A stretch of DNA of 43,684 nt from a bacterium (GTDB lineage: Bacteria > Patescibacteriota > Microgenomatia > UBA12405). Positions 35,625-43,684 of this stretch are shown here, in pieces (position 1 is the first letter of the stretch; every line of letters starts with the position of its first letter). The position numbers and the translations under genes are program-made. The notes under the pieces were generated by a model that searched no databases, was not told the origin of the DNA, and was given only the letters and a program-made list of their open reading frames with translations. Location of the stretch: positions 1 to 43,684 of the forward strand of contig JAKQJL010000014.1 in assembly GCA_029561175.1 (NCBI GenBank), in the 5' to 3' direction.

Positions 35625-36941
35625 TTAAGAGTTTAATTTGGATGATAACCAATTGTCAATTTCTTCAATATTGATTCTAATTTGTTCCATAGTGTCACGA
35701 TCTCGAATTGACACAGTATTGTCTTCGAGAGTTTGATAATCGACAACGGCACACCATGGGGTACCAATTTCGTCTTGGCGACGATATTTTTTACCAATAT
35801 TACTACTATCATCAAAATCAACAGAATATTTTAAAGATAGTTTTTGATAAAGATCTAATGATTTAGAAACAATCTCTGGTTTGTTGGCGGCAATTGGAAA
35901 TATAGCCATTTTATAGGCAGATACTTGTGGATTGATTTTTAAAACGGTGCGAATGTTACCATTCTCCAATTTTTCTTCGGTATAAGAATCGAGAAGTAAA
36001 AAGAAAAAGCTGCGATCAACACCACCAGACGTTTCAGTAATCCAGGGAGTATATTTTTCATTGGTAACAGGATCACGATAATCTAAATCTTGACCACTAA
36101 ATTTGGAATGTTGGGTTAAATCATAATCGGATCGCCAATGAATACCTTCCATTTCGGCCCAACCCCAAGGGGTTTGATATTCGATATCGAAAGCTTTTTT
36201 GGCATAAAAAACTAATTCGTTGGCTTCGTGCTGACGGAAACGTAAATTTTCCTTATTATTAAATAATTTTTGATACCAGACCATTCGTTGCTCTTTCCAA
36301 TATTCGTACCATTTTTCCATTTCATTGGGATGAACAAAGTATTGAATATCCCATTGTTCGAATTCGCGAGTGCGATAAAGAAAATTTTTTGGGGTAATTT
36401 CATTTCTAAATGCTTTTCCAATTTGAGCGATACCAAAAGGGATTTTGACACGACAGTTATCAACAATATTTTTAAAATCGAGATAAATAGTTTGGCAGGC
36501 CTCCCCTCTTAAATAAGCTGGAAGTTTTTCGCCTTCAATAACGCCAATTTCGGTGTGAAACAAAATGTTAAATTTTTTGGGAGCAGTAAATTCACCATCG
36601 CATTCGGGGCATTTTTTGGCATTGTCAATTAAATCGGGACGAAATCGTTTGTGACATTTCTTGCATTCAACTAATTCATCACCAAAATTTTTAACATGAC
36701 CGGAGGCTTCCCAAACACGAGGATGAGTAATAATTGAGCCGTCGATAAAGACGACATCTTGTCTTCGGGTAACATTATCACGAATCCACAAATCTTTCCA
36801 ATTCTTTTTCATTAATGAACCAATTGGGCCATAATCAAAAAAACCTTGGATACCGCCATAAATTTCTGAGTTTTGAAAAATAATCCCTCGTCTCTTTGAT
36901 AATGAGACTATTTTGGAAACGATATTGTCTTCAGTAGTCAT
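35625..36941 (-). CDS. glyS: glycyl-tRNA synthetase, homodimeric (alpha2) type
   Basis: SEIYGG..DYGP, WEASGH, PFGIAQIGKAFRNEI, REFEQ, anticodon-binding IGKKYRRQDEIGTP. Confidence 0.95.
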   Translation of the reverse strand: MTTEDNIVSKIVSLSKRRGIIFQNSEIYGGIQGFFDYGPIGSLMKKNWKDLWIRDNVTRRQDVVFIDGSIITHPRVWEASGHVKNFGDELVECKKCHKRFRPDLIDNAKKCPECDGEFTAPKKFNILFHTEIGVIEGEKLPAYLRGEACQTIYLDFKNIVDNCRVKIPFGIAQIGKAFRNEITPKNFLYRTREFEQWDIQYFVHPNEMEKWYEYWKEQRMVWYQKLFNNKENLRFRQHEANELVFYAKKAFDIEYQTPWGWAEMEGIHWRSDYDLTQHSKFSGQDLDYRDPVTNEKYTPWITETSGGVDRSFFFLLLDSYTEEKLENGNIRTVLKINPQVSAYKMAIFPIAANKPEIVSKSLDLYQKLSLKYSVDFDDSSNIGKKYRRQDEIGTPWCAVVDYQTLEDNTVSIRDRDTMEQIRINIEEIDNWLSSKLNS

Positions 36942-36946
36942 AACGG

Positions 36947-36952
36947 ATTATA
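36947..36952 (-). promoter_or_regulatory. -10 box for leaderless glyS mRNA
   Basis: TATAAT-CCGTT-ATG. Confidence 0.6.
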
Positions 36953-36959
36953 CCGTAAA

Positions 36960-37526
36960 CTAGTTAAATAACTCAGAACTAGATAATTTTTTTTCAAGTA
37001 TAGATTCAAAATATTTTTTTAATAAAGATTGGGTTTCTGAATAATTTTTTTGAGAAAAACTTAAATATATTTCAGGTGGAACACCGAAACCTAGTATTTC
37101 TAAAATATCCATTTCGTGTTTTATAAAAGAATAAAAATTGTTGGATTCAATTGAGGTAATCATACTTAAAAACTGCTGATAGATACCGTCTATTTGTTGG
37201 TTGTCTGCAACTAAGTAATCGGCAATTTCTAAAACTAAAAAAAGTAAGTTAAGTTGAACAAGTTTTTTATTATTTTTCAAAAGATGATCAATAATTCTTG
37301 TTTCAGATATCCAATAAAAATTATTTTTATGATACAACTGAACAAAAATAGTGTTACCTAATTGAAGTGAAGAACCCCTGGAGCTTCTAATACTTTTAGC
37401 GGATTTGGCAATAGCAACGATTTTACCAAAGTTTTCGGTCAATAAGGTGACAATTAGATCCGATTCACGATAGACTCGTCGTTTAATAACTATAGCTTTG
37501 GTGTTGAAATATTGATTATTTACCAA
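36960..37526 (-). CDS. recO: DNA repair protein RecO (no Zn finger)
   Basis: AIVIKRR.YRESDLIVTLLT..FGKI.AIAKSA OB fold, ILGFG; recO-glyS synteny; TTG start. Confidence 0.88.
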   Translation of the reverse strand: MVNNQYFNTKAIVIKRRVYRESDLIVTLLTENFGKIVAIAKSAKSIRSSRGSSLQLGNTIFVQLYHKNNFYWISETRIIDHLLKNNKKLVQLNLLFLVLEIADYLVADNQQIDGIYQQFLSMITSIESNNFYSFIKHEMDILEILGFGVPPEIYLSFSQKNYSETQSLLKKYFESILEKKLSSSELFN

Positions 37527-39415
37527 TTGATTTTGATCACTTTATCACCAGTCCAAGAAAAGGAATCGTATTTTTGTCCATTGACATAGATTTCATAGTC
37601 AATAGCTTTGGTTCCTGGTTGTTTTTGAAGATAAAGTTGATAGTTTTTTGAAGGTTTAATTGAAGACTGATATTGAACAGTTACCTTGGTGGAATTTTTG
37701 GCATATAAAGGATATTTATCGCCATAGAACCCTTCAAAAACTTGTTTGCCTAGTTCTTCGTACTTAAGAGGATCGACTTCAGTACCAGTCATTTTGATTA
37801 AATTCGACCCAGTTGGAAGATAAAATCTAAACCAATTGCGGTATTTTGGAGCGTTTAAACATAAATCACCTTTCTCAAGATTACAATTACTAGCTCGGCT
37901 CGGATTGGTGTAGGTAATTGAGACTTTATGTTCAATAGAACCATCTTTACTAATTATTTCATGTTTAATTTTTTGTCTAATAAAGAGATTGGTTTTAGCA
38001 CTACTCATATTAGCGTCATTAAGATGGAAATAGTCAGTATTAGAATCGGTAGTAACGATTTTACCGTTAATATTGGCTAGATCAGCTGCTTGTTGCATGG
38101 TTTCATCAGAAAAATAGAAAAGAATGTGTTTTTCAAAAATATCTTTAAAAGCAGCTTGTGCTAAAGGACCGATTTTGCTTTTTTCAGCACCCATAGCATT
38201 AGCCAAAATAGATCTCATGAGGGGGCCCAAAAATCCTTTTCGATTAGTTTCAATATAATTTCTAGGTCGACCAGCAATCCATTCTAGTTGATAGATAATT
38301 TGAGGACAACCGTCACAACGTTTATCTGGGGTGGCTTCAAAACTGCCGTAGGGATCACCAACGCCAATTTTTCCTAAAACTGAAACTAAATCAACTAAAA
38401 CTTGAGTATCAATAGCAATGACAGCGTCAACTTGATTTTTTTTGCCATAGGCTTTGTAATAGTTATCGAGAAAAAGTTTGACACTAGTGGGGAAATCTGG
38501 AGATAAATTCATGTCTCGAACATTCCAATAAGGAACATTGATGTGATAGGACTTAATTGGTCGAGGAGCTGGAATAGTGCTGTTGATTTTACTGTCGAGT
38601 GCATAGATATCATCTGAAAAAATGGGGTTTACTTTTCCTTTATCAACTTGGATAACACTAAAAGCTGTCCAGAAACCTCCAGTAGGTCGTAATTCAGCGT
38701 CGTTTTGAAATAAAAGAAGATAATTTCTAGGTTTATCTTTTCCTAATAACCATGAAGTTTTAGTTAGGATGGGTTTACCATCTTTAAGAAGTTTATAAGA
38801 ATCTGAAACTAAAGCTTGAGCTTTGATGATATTAGATTTTACTTGATAGTTTTTTATAGTTTCAGGATAACGATCGGCATCAATTTGAGATAGTTGAGTG
38901 TTAATTTCGGCTAAGTTTTTTTCAATAGTATCAAGGTGAGGCAGTACACCTTCAATAGATTGGGTTAGAAAAGTGATTCTGTCTTGAGTGGTTTGAGTTG
39001 AATCAGTTTTACCACCTTTAAGACCTAGGAAATCTTGATATGGTTCAACGGCTTGAATAAGAATTTTACTGGTATCTATTCCTAGAAAAGCAATTTTAAA
39101 GAGTTTATCTCCATCAGCATAATAATCTTTGGCATAAGGAAGATTTTTGGCAAAAGAAAAATAGCGGAATTGTTTATCTAATAATTTTAATTTAGATGAA
39201 AAGGAATCAATCTGAATATTTAATTCTTTAAGATCTTTATTTGAAATAGCCGTTTTGATTTTATCTGATTCAGAAATTAGTATTTTTGATTGTTGATAGA
39301 GTTTTTTGCCAGGGACATAGATAAAAAAGAAAAGAAGAGTGGTGGAAATGGCGCCAAAAATGATCAAAACAGAGAAAAAGCTGATAATAATATTTAAAAT
39401 ACGATTTTTGGTCAT
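37520..39415 (-). CDS. DUF4012-like membrane-anchored protein
   Basis: TM, coiled region, YLLLFQNDAELRPTGGF, RDMNLSPDFPTS, QKQPGT. Confidence 0.85.
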   Translation of the reverse strand: MTKNRILNIIISFFSVLIIFGAISTTLLFFFIYVPGKKLYQQSKILISESDKIKTAISNKDLKELNIQIDSFSSKLKLLDKQFRYFSFAKNLPYAKDYYADGDKLFKIAFLGIDTSKILIQAVEPYQDFLGLKGGKTDSTQTTQDRITFLTQSIEGVLPHLDTIEKNLAEINTQLSQIDADRYPETIKNYQVKSNIIKAQALVSDSYKLLKDGKPILTKTSWLLGKDKPRNYLLLFQNDAELRPTGGFWTAFSVIQVDKGKVNPIFSDDIYALDSKINSTIPAPRPIKSYHINVPYWNVRDMNLSPDFPTSVKLFLDNYYKAYGKKNQVDAVIAIDTQVLVDLVSVLGKIGVGDPYGSFEATPDKRCDGCPQIIYQLEWIAGRPRNYIETNRKGFLGPLMRSILANAMGAEKSKIGPLAQAAFKDIFEKHILFYFSDETMQQAADLANINGKIVTTDSNTDYFHLNDANMSSAKTNLFIRQKIKHEIISKDGSIEHKVSITYTNPSRASNCNLEKGDLCLNAPKYRNWFRFYLPTGSNLIKMTGTEVDPLKYEELGKQVFEGFYGDKYPLYAKNSTKVTVQYQSSIKPSKNYQLYLQKQPGTKAIDYEIYVNGQKYDSFSWTGDKVIKINW

Positions 39416-39445
39416 ATTTATTAGTGTAACGAATTAAAATAAGAT

Positions 39446-40087
39446 TTACCAGCGAGAAATCATGGCAAATGGGGTTTTGAAAATGATGAGAATATCTTGA
39501 ACAATAGACTGTTGGCTAATGTATTTAGCATCTAGTTCAGCTCTTTGTTGGAAATTTACATCATTTCTACCTGATACTTGCCATAAACCAGTTATTCCTG
39601 GTTTTGCAGTTCGAATGATATCAATGTGTTTTCTGGCTTGAGGATATTTTTGATAATTTTCTTTTAATTCTTCGTCTCGATAAGCTCGAGGGCCAACTAA
39701 ACTCATTTCACCTTTTAAGACATTAATAAATTGTGGCATTTCATCGATTGAAGCTGCTCGAATGTATTTACCAATTTTAGTAATACGGGGATCTTCGTTC
39801 ATAGGTAACTTCCAATCGAGTTTTTTATATTTTTCCCATAACTCAGGATATTTAGTTTTTAAAAATTCATCATTATCACCAATATACATAGATCTAAATT
39901 TATACATTAAAAAAGTTTGATTTCTACCAACTCTTTTTTGTTTAAAAATTACTGGTCCTGGTGAGGTTATTTTTATGAGAACTGCAGTAATTAACATAAT
40001 CGGAGAAAACAAAATTAAAAGGGTGATTGAAGAAACAATATCAACTAATCGTTTAAAAATAAAAAAAAGCTGGTTATTTTTGGTCAT
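39446..40087 (-). CDS. priming sugar-1-phosphate transferase (WbaP/WcaJ catalytic-domain type)
   Basis: KRLVD, FKQKRVG, YKFRSM, DPRIT, IDEMPQ..VLKGEMSLVGPR, PGITGLWQV. Confidence 0.95.
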   Translation of the reverse strand: MTKNNQLFFIFKRLVDIVSSITLLILFSPIMLITAVLIKITSPGPVIFKQKRVGRNQTFLMYKFRSMYIGDNDEFLKTKYPELWEKYKKLDWKLPMNEDPRITKIGKYIRAASIDEMPQFINVLKGEMSLVGPRAYRDEELKENYQKYPQARKHIDIIRTAKPGITGLWQVSGRNDVNFQQRAELDAKYISQQSIVQDILIIFKTPFAMISRW

Positions 40088-41144
40088 TTTTAGTTAAAAA
40101 ATATTTTTCAGTTTTTGGGCTTGAAACAATTTTAGCAACTAAATCCCTAACTGAGAAACTTTGATTTAAATCGCAAACTAATAAAGCATCAGAAGTGTCG
40201 ATAATTGCCAAATCTTTTACTCCTACTAAACCAAGCATTTTATGGTCAGAAAGGCTAACAAGACAATTACTGGAATTCTGATTGATAATTGGTGATTTAG
40301 ATAAGCTGGTGATGGTGTCTTGGCGAATAATGTTTAATAAATTTTTCCATTCTCCAACATCACTCCATTGAAAATTGCCGGGAACTAAATAAAAATTTTT
40401 TGTTTTTTCAGAGAAGGCATAATCAAAAGCAATCGAATCAATGTTTTGATATAAAGAAATGATTTTGTTTTTATTGGATTTTTTAAGTTCAAGATAAAAC
40501 GAATACAGTTTTTTTTGGTGTTGTTGGCAAATAGTTTCAATTGTAGGAACCGAAAAAGTGTATATTCCAAGATTCCACCAGGCATCTTTTTTAATTAGAA
40601 TTTTTGCAGAAGAAATATCTGGTTTTTCAATGAATTGGTCAACTTGAAATTGTTGATTAATTAGAAGATAACCATAAGAAGGATTTGGACTAGAAGCTGG
40701 TTGGCCAATAGTTACCAAAGAATGCTTTTTCTTGGCGACCTGATAAGCTTTTTGTAGACAGTGAGTGAATTTCGAAGTTGGGTAGAGATAATGATCAGAA
40801 GGTAGAGTGGTAATTATTGCTTGAGGATTTTTTTGAGAAATGATTGATGTGATATATAAGGAGGCAACTGCAGTGTTTCTTTTTTCAGGCTCGGTAATGA
40901 TATGACTTGGTAAAATTTGATTACCTAATGTTTTTTTAACTAATGATTGGTATTTTTTATTGGTAACAATATAGATGTTGTTTTTTGAACTAATGGTTTT
41001 TAAACGGTAAAAAGTTTCTTCCAACAAAGTTTTTCGAGAAAAAAGCTTAAGAAATGGTTTTGGGAAAGACGCTCTTGATAATGGCCATAATCTTGGACCG
41101 GTACCTCCACACAAAATAACAAAATAGTGATCTTTTAATTTCAT
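40074..41144 (-). CDS. manC: mannose-1-phosphate guanylyltransferase
   Basis: ILCGGTGPRLWPLSR..PK, EPEKRNTA, PSDH, FIEKP, WSDVG. Confidence 0.92.
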   Translation of the reverse strand: MKLKDHYFVILCGGTGPRLWPLSRASFPKPFLKLFSRKTLLEETFYRLKTISSKNNIYIVTNKKYQSLVKKTLGNQILPSHIITEPEKRNTAVASLYITSIISQKNPQAIITTLPSDHYLYPTSKFTHCLQKAYQVAKKKHSLVTIGQPASSPNPSYGYLLINQQFQVDQFIEKPDISSAKILIKKDAWWNLGIYTFSVPTIETICQQHQKKLYSFYLELKKSNKNKIISLYQNIDSIAFDYAFSEKTKNFYLVPGNFQWSDVGEWKNLLNIIRQDTITSLSKSPIINQNSSNCLVSLSDHKMLGLVGVKDLAIIDTSDALLVCDLNQSFSVRDLVAKIVSSPKTEKYFLTKNDQK

Positions 41145-42172
41145 ATTGAATTGATTGTCTTTTTAAAGTCTAGCATGAATTTTTTATCTGAAAAATTGAG
41201 AGCTTGTTGCCGACAATCGACTGGATTTGAGGGATGAGAGAGATAAGATTCGATTGCAGATTGAAGTTGATTAATTGAATAGAGAATACCAGTTTGGGGG
41301 GTAACCGTCTCAAGGGCTCCACCCTGATTAAGTGCAATTACTCCCCTACCGCAGGCTTGAGCTTCTAAAGAGGTTAGCCCAAAATCCTCAATTTGAGGAT
41401 GAATTAGTGCAATGCAATTTTGATAATAGGTTAACAATTCAGGATTACTAGCTTGACCGGTAAAAAAAATATTATTGCCAGTAACCATTCTTTTTAGATT
41501 CTGTTCTTCTCGTCCAGTTCCAACAATTATTAATTTATAGGGTAAATGATTAAATACTTTAATTACTTGATCAATATTTTTATGTTTAACTAAACGACTG
41601 ACGCATAAAAAATAATCGTTTGTAGGGGTAGCTATTGGTTTAAAAAAATCAATATTTATTCCAGGATAAATAATCTTGGCTTTTTGGTGTAAATAATTAT
41701 TAATACGAGACTGAACGGTTTTAGAATTACATAAAATTAAATCTGGACGATAAGAATATACCTGATCTATTTTTTGGTAGAGTTTTAGAAAAATATTACT
41801 AGTGGGGTAAAGACGACGGTTAACATTATGGTAATAACAAATAAATTTAGTGTTTGGTTTGGTTAACAAACAGTGACCGATGGTTGATGTAGTTGAAATA
41901 ACTAAATCGTAATTTGAAAAATCAAATGATTCTGCTAATAAATCATAGATAGGAGAAAATAAAGGAAAGATTTTGTTGGGAAAGCTATCGGTTAAAGTAG
42001 AAAAAACTGGAGTTGAAGGTGGTAACCAAGTTATTTTTTTAGGTTGATAATTTAAAGTATATAAATCTGCTTGAGGGTAGATTTTTAATATGTTTAAAAG
42101 AACTTTTTCAGCACCACCCCATTGATTTATCCAATCAAAAAAAATAGCAATTTTATGATAGTTGTTGTTCAT
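41141..42172 (-). CDS. GT4 family glycosyltransferase
   Basis: DWINQWGGAE, SRLVKHK, EDFGLTSLEAQACG. Confidence 0.92.
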   Translation of the reverse strand: MNNNYHKIAIFFDWINQWGGAEKVLLNILKIYPQADLYTLNYQPKKITWLPPSTPVFSTLTDSFPNKIFPLFSPIYDLLAESFDFSNYDLVISTTSTIGHCLLTKPNTKFICYYHNVNRRLYPTSNIFLKLYQKIDQVYSYRPDLILCNSKTVQSRINNYLHQKAKIIYPGINIDFFKPIATPTNDYFLCVSRLVKHKNIDQVIKVFNHLPYKLIIVGTGREEQNLKRMVTGNNIFFTGQASNPELLTYYQNCIALIHPQIEDFGLTSLEAQACGRGVIALNQGGALETVTPQTGILYSINQLQSAIESYLSHPSNPVDCRQQALNFSDKKFMLDFKKTINSI

Positions 42173-43262
42173 AAATGGCCAATGTTTGAGAAGCTGTTGT
42201 TTTCCAGCTATACTTTTTGACTTGAAGGTAACCTTTTTTAATATATTCTTGCCTTAACTTAGAATTGTTTTTGAATAGAAGAATGTTTTGAATTAATTGA
42301 TCTGAAGAGTTTGGGTCAAAGTACAAACAAGAATCTTGATATATTTCAGGAAGACAAGAAGAGTTACTTGAGATTACTGGGCAACCTAGTGACATTGCTT
42401 CTAAACCAGTTAAACTAAAACCTTCGTAAAAGGATGGGTGAACCAAACATAGTGCTTGTGAGTATATTTTTTGAAATTGGAGATCATCTATATAACCTAG
42501 GAAATCAACTTGATTTTCTAAATGCATTTTTTTAATTTTCTTTTGTAATCTGTCGGAAAAAACTGAGCGAGAACAGATAACCTTAAGTTTAATATCGGGT
42601 AGTTTTTGAAGAGAAGATAAAATTATCTCGATATTTTTATGAGGATAAAGATTGCCAGTATAGATGAGATAATTTTTGGGTTGATTTGAATTTAATGGTT
42701 TAATAATGAAGTTTGGATCAATGGCTTCATAGGTGGTAGTTACTTGGTTTGGTTTAATGGAAAAATTCTTGATTAAATAATTTCGCCAAAAATTACTAGG
42801 AACAACAAGATTGTTTGTTTTAATAACTATGTTAGTTAAAAATAGATAAGAAAAATGTTTGAGCCAATAAAGATACTTATTTTTAGTAGTTGTTTCAGGG
42901 CCAGTTGAGAAATGTTTAATTAAATCGTGAATGGTTACTACCGATTTTTTAAAATACAAAAGGGGTTTATTAAAATGAGTGAAATGGACTAAGTCTGGAT
43001 TAATTTTAAATATTAAAAATGGAAGGAATAATTGTTCTGAGAGAGAGTAATGTTTAATGGTGGTGGGGTGATAGATAAAGTGATTAGAAAGATTTTCTTT
43101 AATTTCTGGTAATTGATCTTGGTAGACCAGTAAGTGCCAGGAATATTTTTTGAAGTTTGGTTGAGTGGTTAAAGCTTGGAGAAGGTTTTTAACATAACGA
43201 CCAATACCGGTGTGTTTGGGTCCATAAAGTCGAGCATCGATTAAGATTTTTTTGCTTTCCAT
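42153..43262 (-). CDS. GT4 (group 1) glycosyltransferase, mannosyltransferase-like
   Basis: IDAR..TGIGRY, VVTIHDL, YPHKN, PSFYEGFSLTGLEAM. Confidence 0.93.
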   Translation of the reverse strand: MESKKILIDARLYGPKHTGIGRYVKNLLQALTTQPNFKKYSWHLLVYQDQLPEIKENLSNHFIYHPTTIKHYSLSEQLFLPFLIFKINPDLVHFTHFNKPLLYFKKSVVTIHDLIKHFSTGPETTTKNKYLYWLKHFSYLFLTNIVIKTNNLVVPSNFWRNYLIKNFSIKPNQVTTTYEAIDPNFIIKPLNSNQPKNYLIYTGNLYPHKNIEIILSSLQKLPDIKLKVICSRSVFSDRLQKKIKKMHLENQVDFLGYIDDLQFQKIYSQALCLVHPSFYEGFSLTGLEAMSLGCPVISSNSSCLPEIYQDSCLYFDPNSSDQLIQNILLFKNNSKLRQEYIKKGYLQVKKYSWKTTASQTLAIYEQQLS

Positions 43263-43684
43263 ATCCGATATTTTTCTAAAAAATTAATCCCCTGCCAAAT
43301 AAAAAACTGAAGTGCTTTAGGATACTTGTTAATTAAGTTTTCGGAATAAAAGATTCTCATGGCTTGAGTGGAAGCTTTAGCTGAATTAATTTTGGTTTCT
43401 ATGCTAGCTGAAGAAATGTTTTTTGATTGTTTAATAATTCCAGAAGAAACACCCTGATAATGATTTATTTTTGTGCCGGGGTAGAAAAAGAGTTGGTAAC
43501 CTTTTTGATGTAATTTATAGCAAAAGTCTAAATCTTCGCCGTAGAAAAAATATTTTTCATTCCACCAATTTATGGCCTGGCCAACAGTTTTTTTCATCAT
43601 AAAAAAAGCACCAACACAACAATCGATTTTTTGAACTTTCGAATAATCAAGATAACTCATGAGATAACCGTTAATTAATTTCCA
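43241..43684 (-). CDS. GT2 family glycosyltransferase, 5'-partial
   Basis: GAFFM, FFYGEDLDFC; the reading frame stays open upstream of ATG 43660 to the window edge. Confidence 0.85.
   Translation of the reverse strand, partial: WKLINGYLMSYLDYSKVQKIDCCVGAFFMMKKTVGQAINWWNEKYFFYGEDLDFCYKLHQKGYQLFFYPGTKINHYQGVSSGIIKQSKNISSASIETKINSAKASTQAMRIFYSENLINKYPKALQFFIWQGINFLEKYRIWKAKKS

Noticed and set aside
1-43684. CRISPR array, rRNA, transposase/integrase, prophage or alternative genetic code
   Set aside because: No repeat-spacer array or such genes were seen; TGA acts as a stop in ATGA overlaps and conserved genes are uninterrupted

Overview
AT-rich, very gene-dense bacterial chromosome segment using the standard code (TGA serves as stop). 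Several traits point to Patescibacteria/CPR, probably Microgenomates (inference): alpha2-type GlyRS, type-2 IleRS, MurE lacking its N-terminal domain, a DUF4012-like gene, no recognisable Shine-Dalgarno sites, and -10 boxes 5-9 nt before start codons. Left part: dnaE-htpX-lemA, tRNA-Asp followed by a small GIY-YIG gene, ndk, ArsR, LysM, tRNA-Gly and tRNA-Thr, an Ig-like membrane protein, a surface-glycosylation trio, a secreted lectin-lipase fusion, L,D-transpeptidase, NAD kinase, tRNA-Val, lepB, parB, rpmA/rplU, rodA and ileS. Right part: a dcw cluster, glyS, recO and the end of a polysaccharide cluster. The most striking feature is the rewired dcw cluster. No murD, murF, ddl, murB or mraZ is recognisable in it. 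Their slots hold an ATE1/Bpt-like aminoacyl-tRNA transferase, an Mpl-like ligase with altered substrate motifs, a cytoplasmic NlpC/P60 peptidase, a 51-aa LysW-like zinc-ribbon protein ending in EEK (missed by the ORF track), a threonine-synthase-like PLP enzyme and an ATP-grasp ligase. Several of these overlap murE, mraY or ftsW. Together they suggest a candidate non-canonical, possibly carrier-protein- or tRNA-dependent, peptidoglycan stem-peptide pathway. All calls come from motif reading only; no searches were run.
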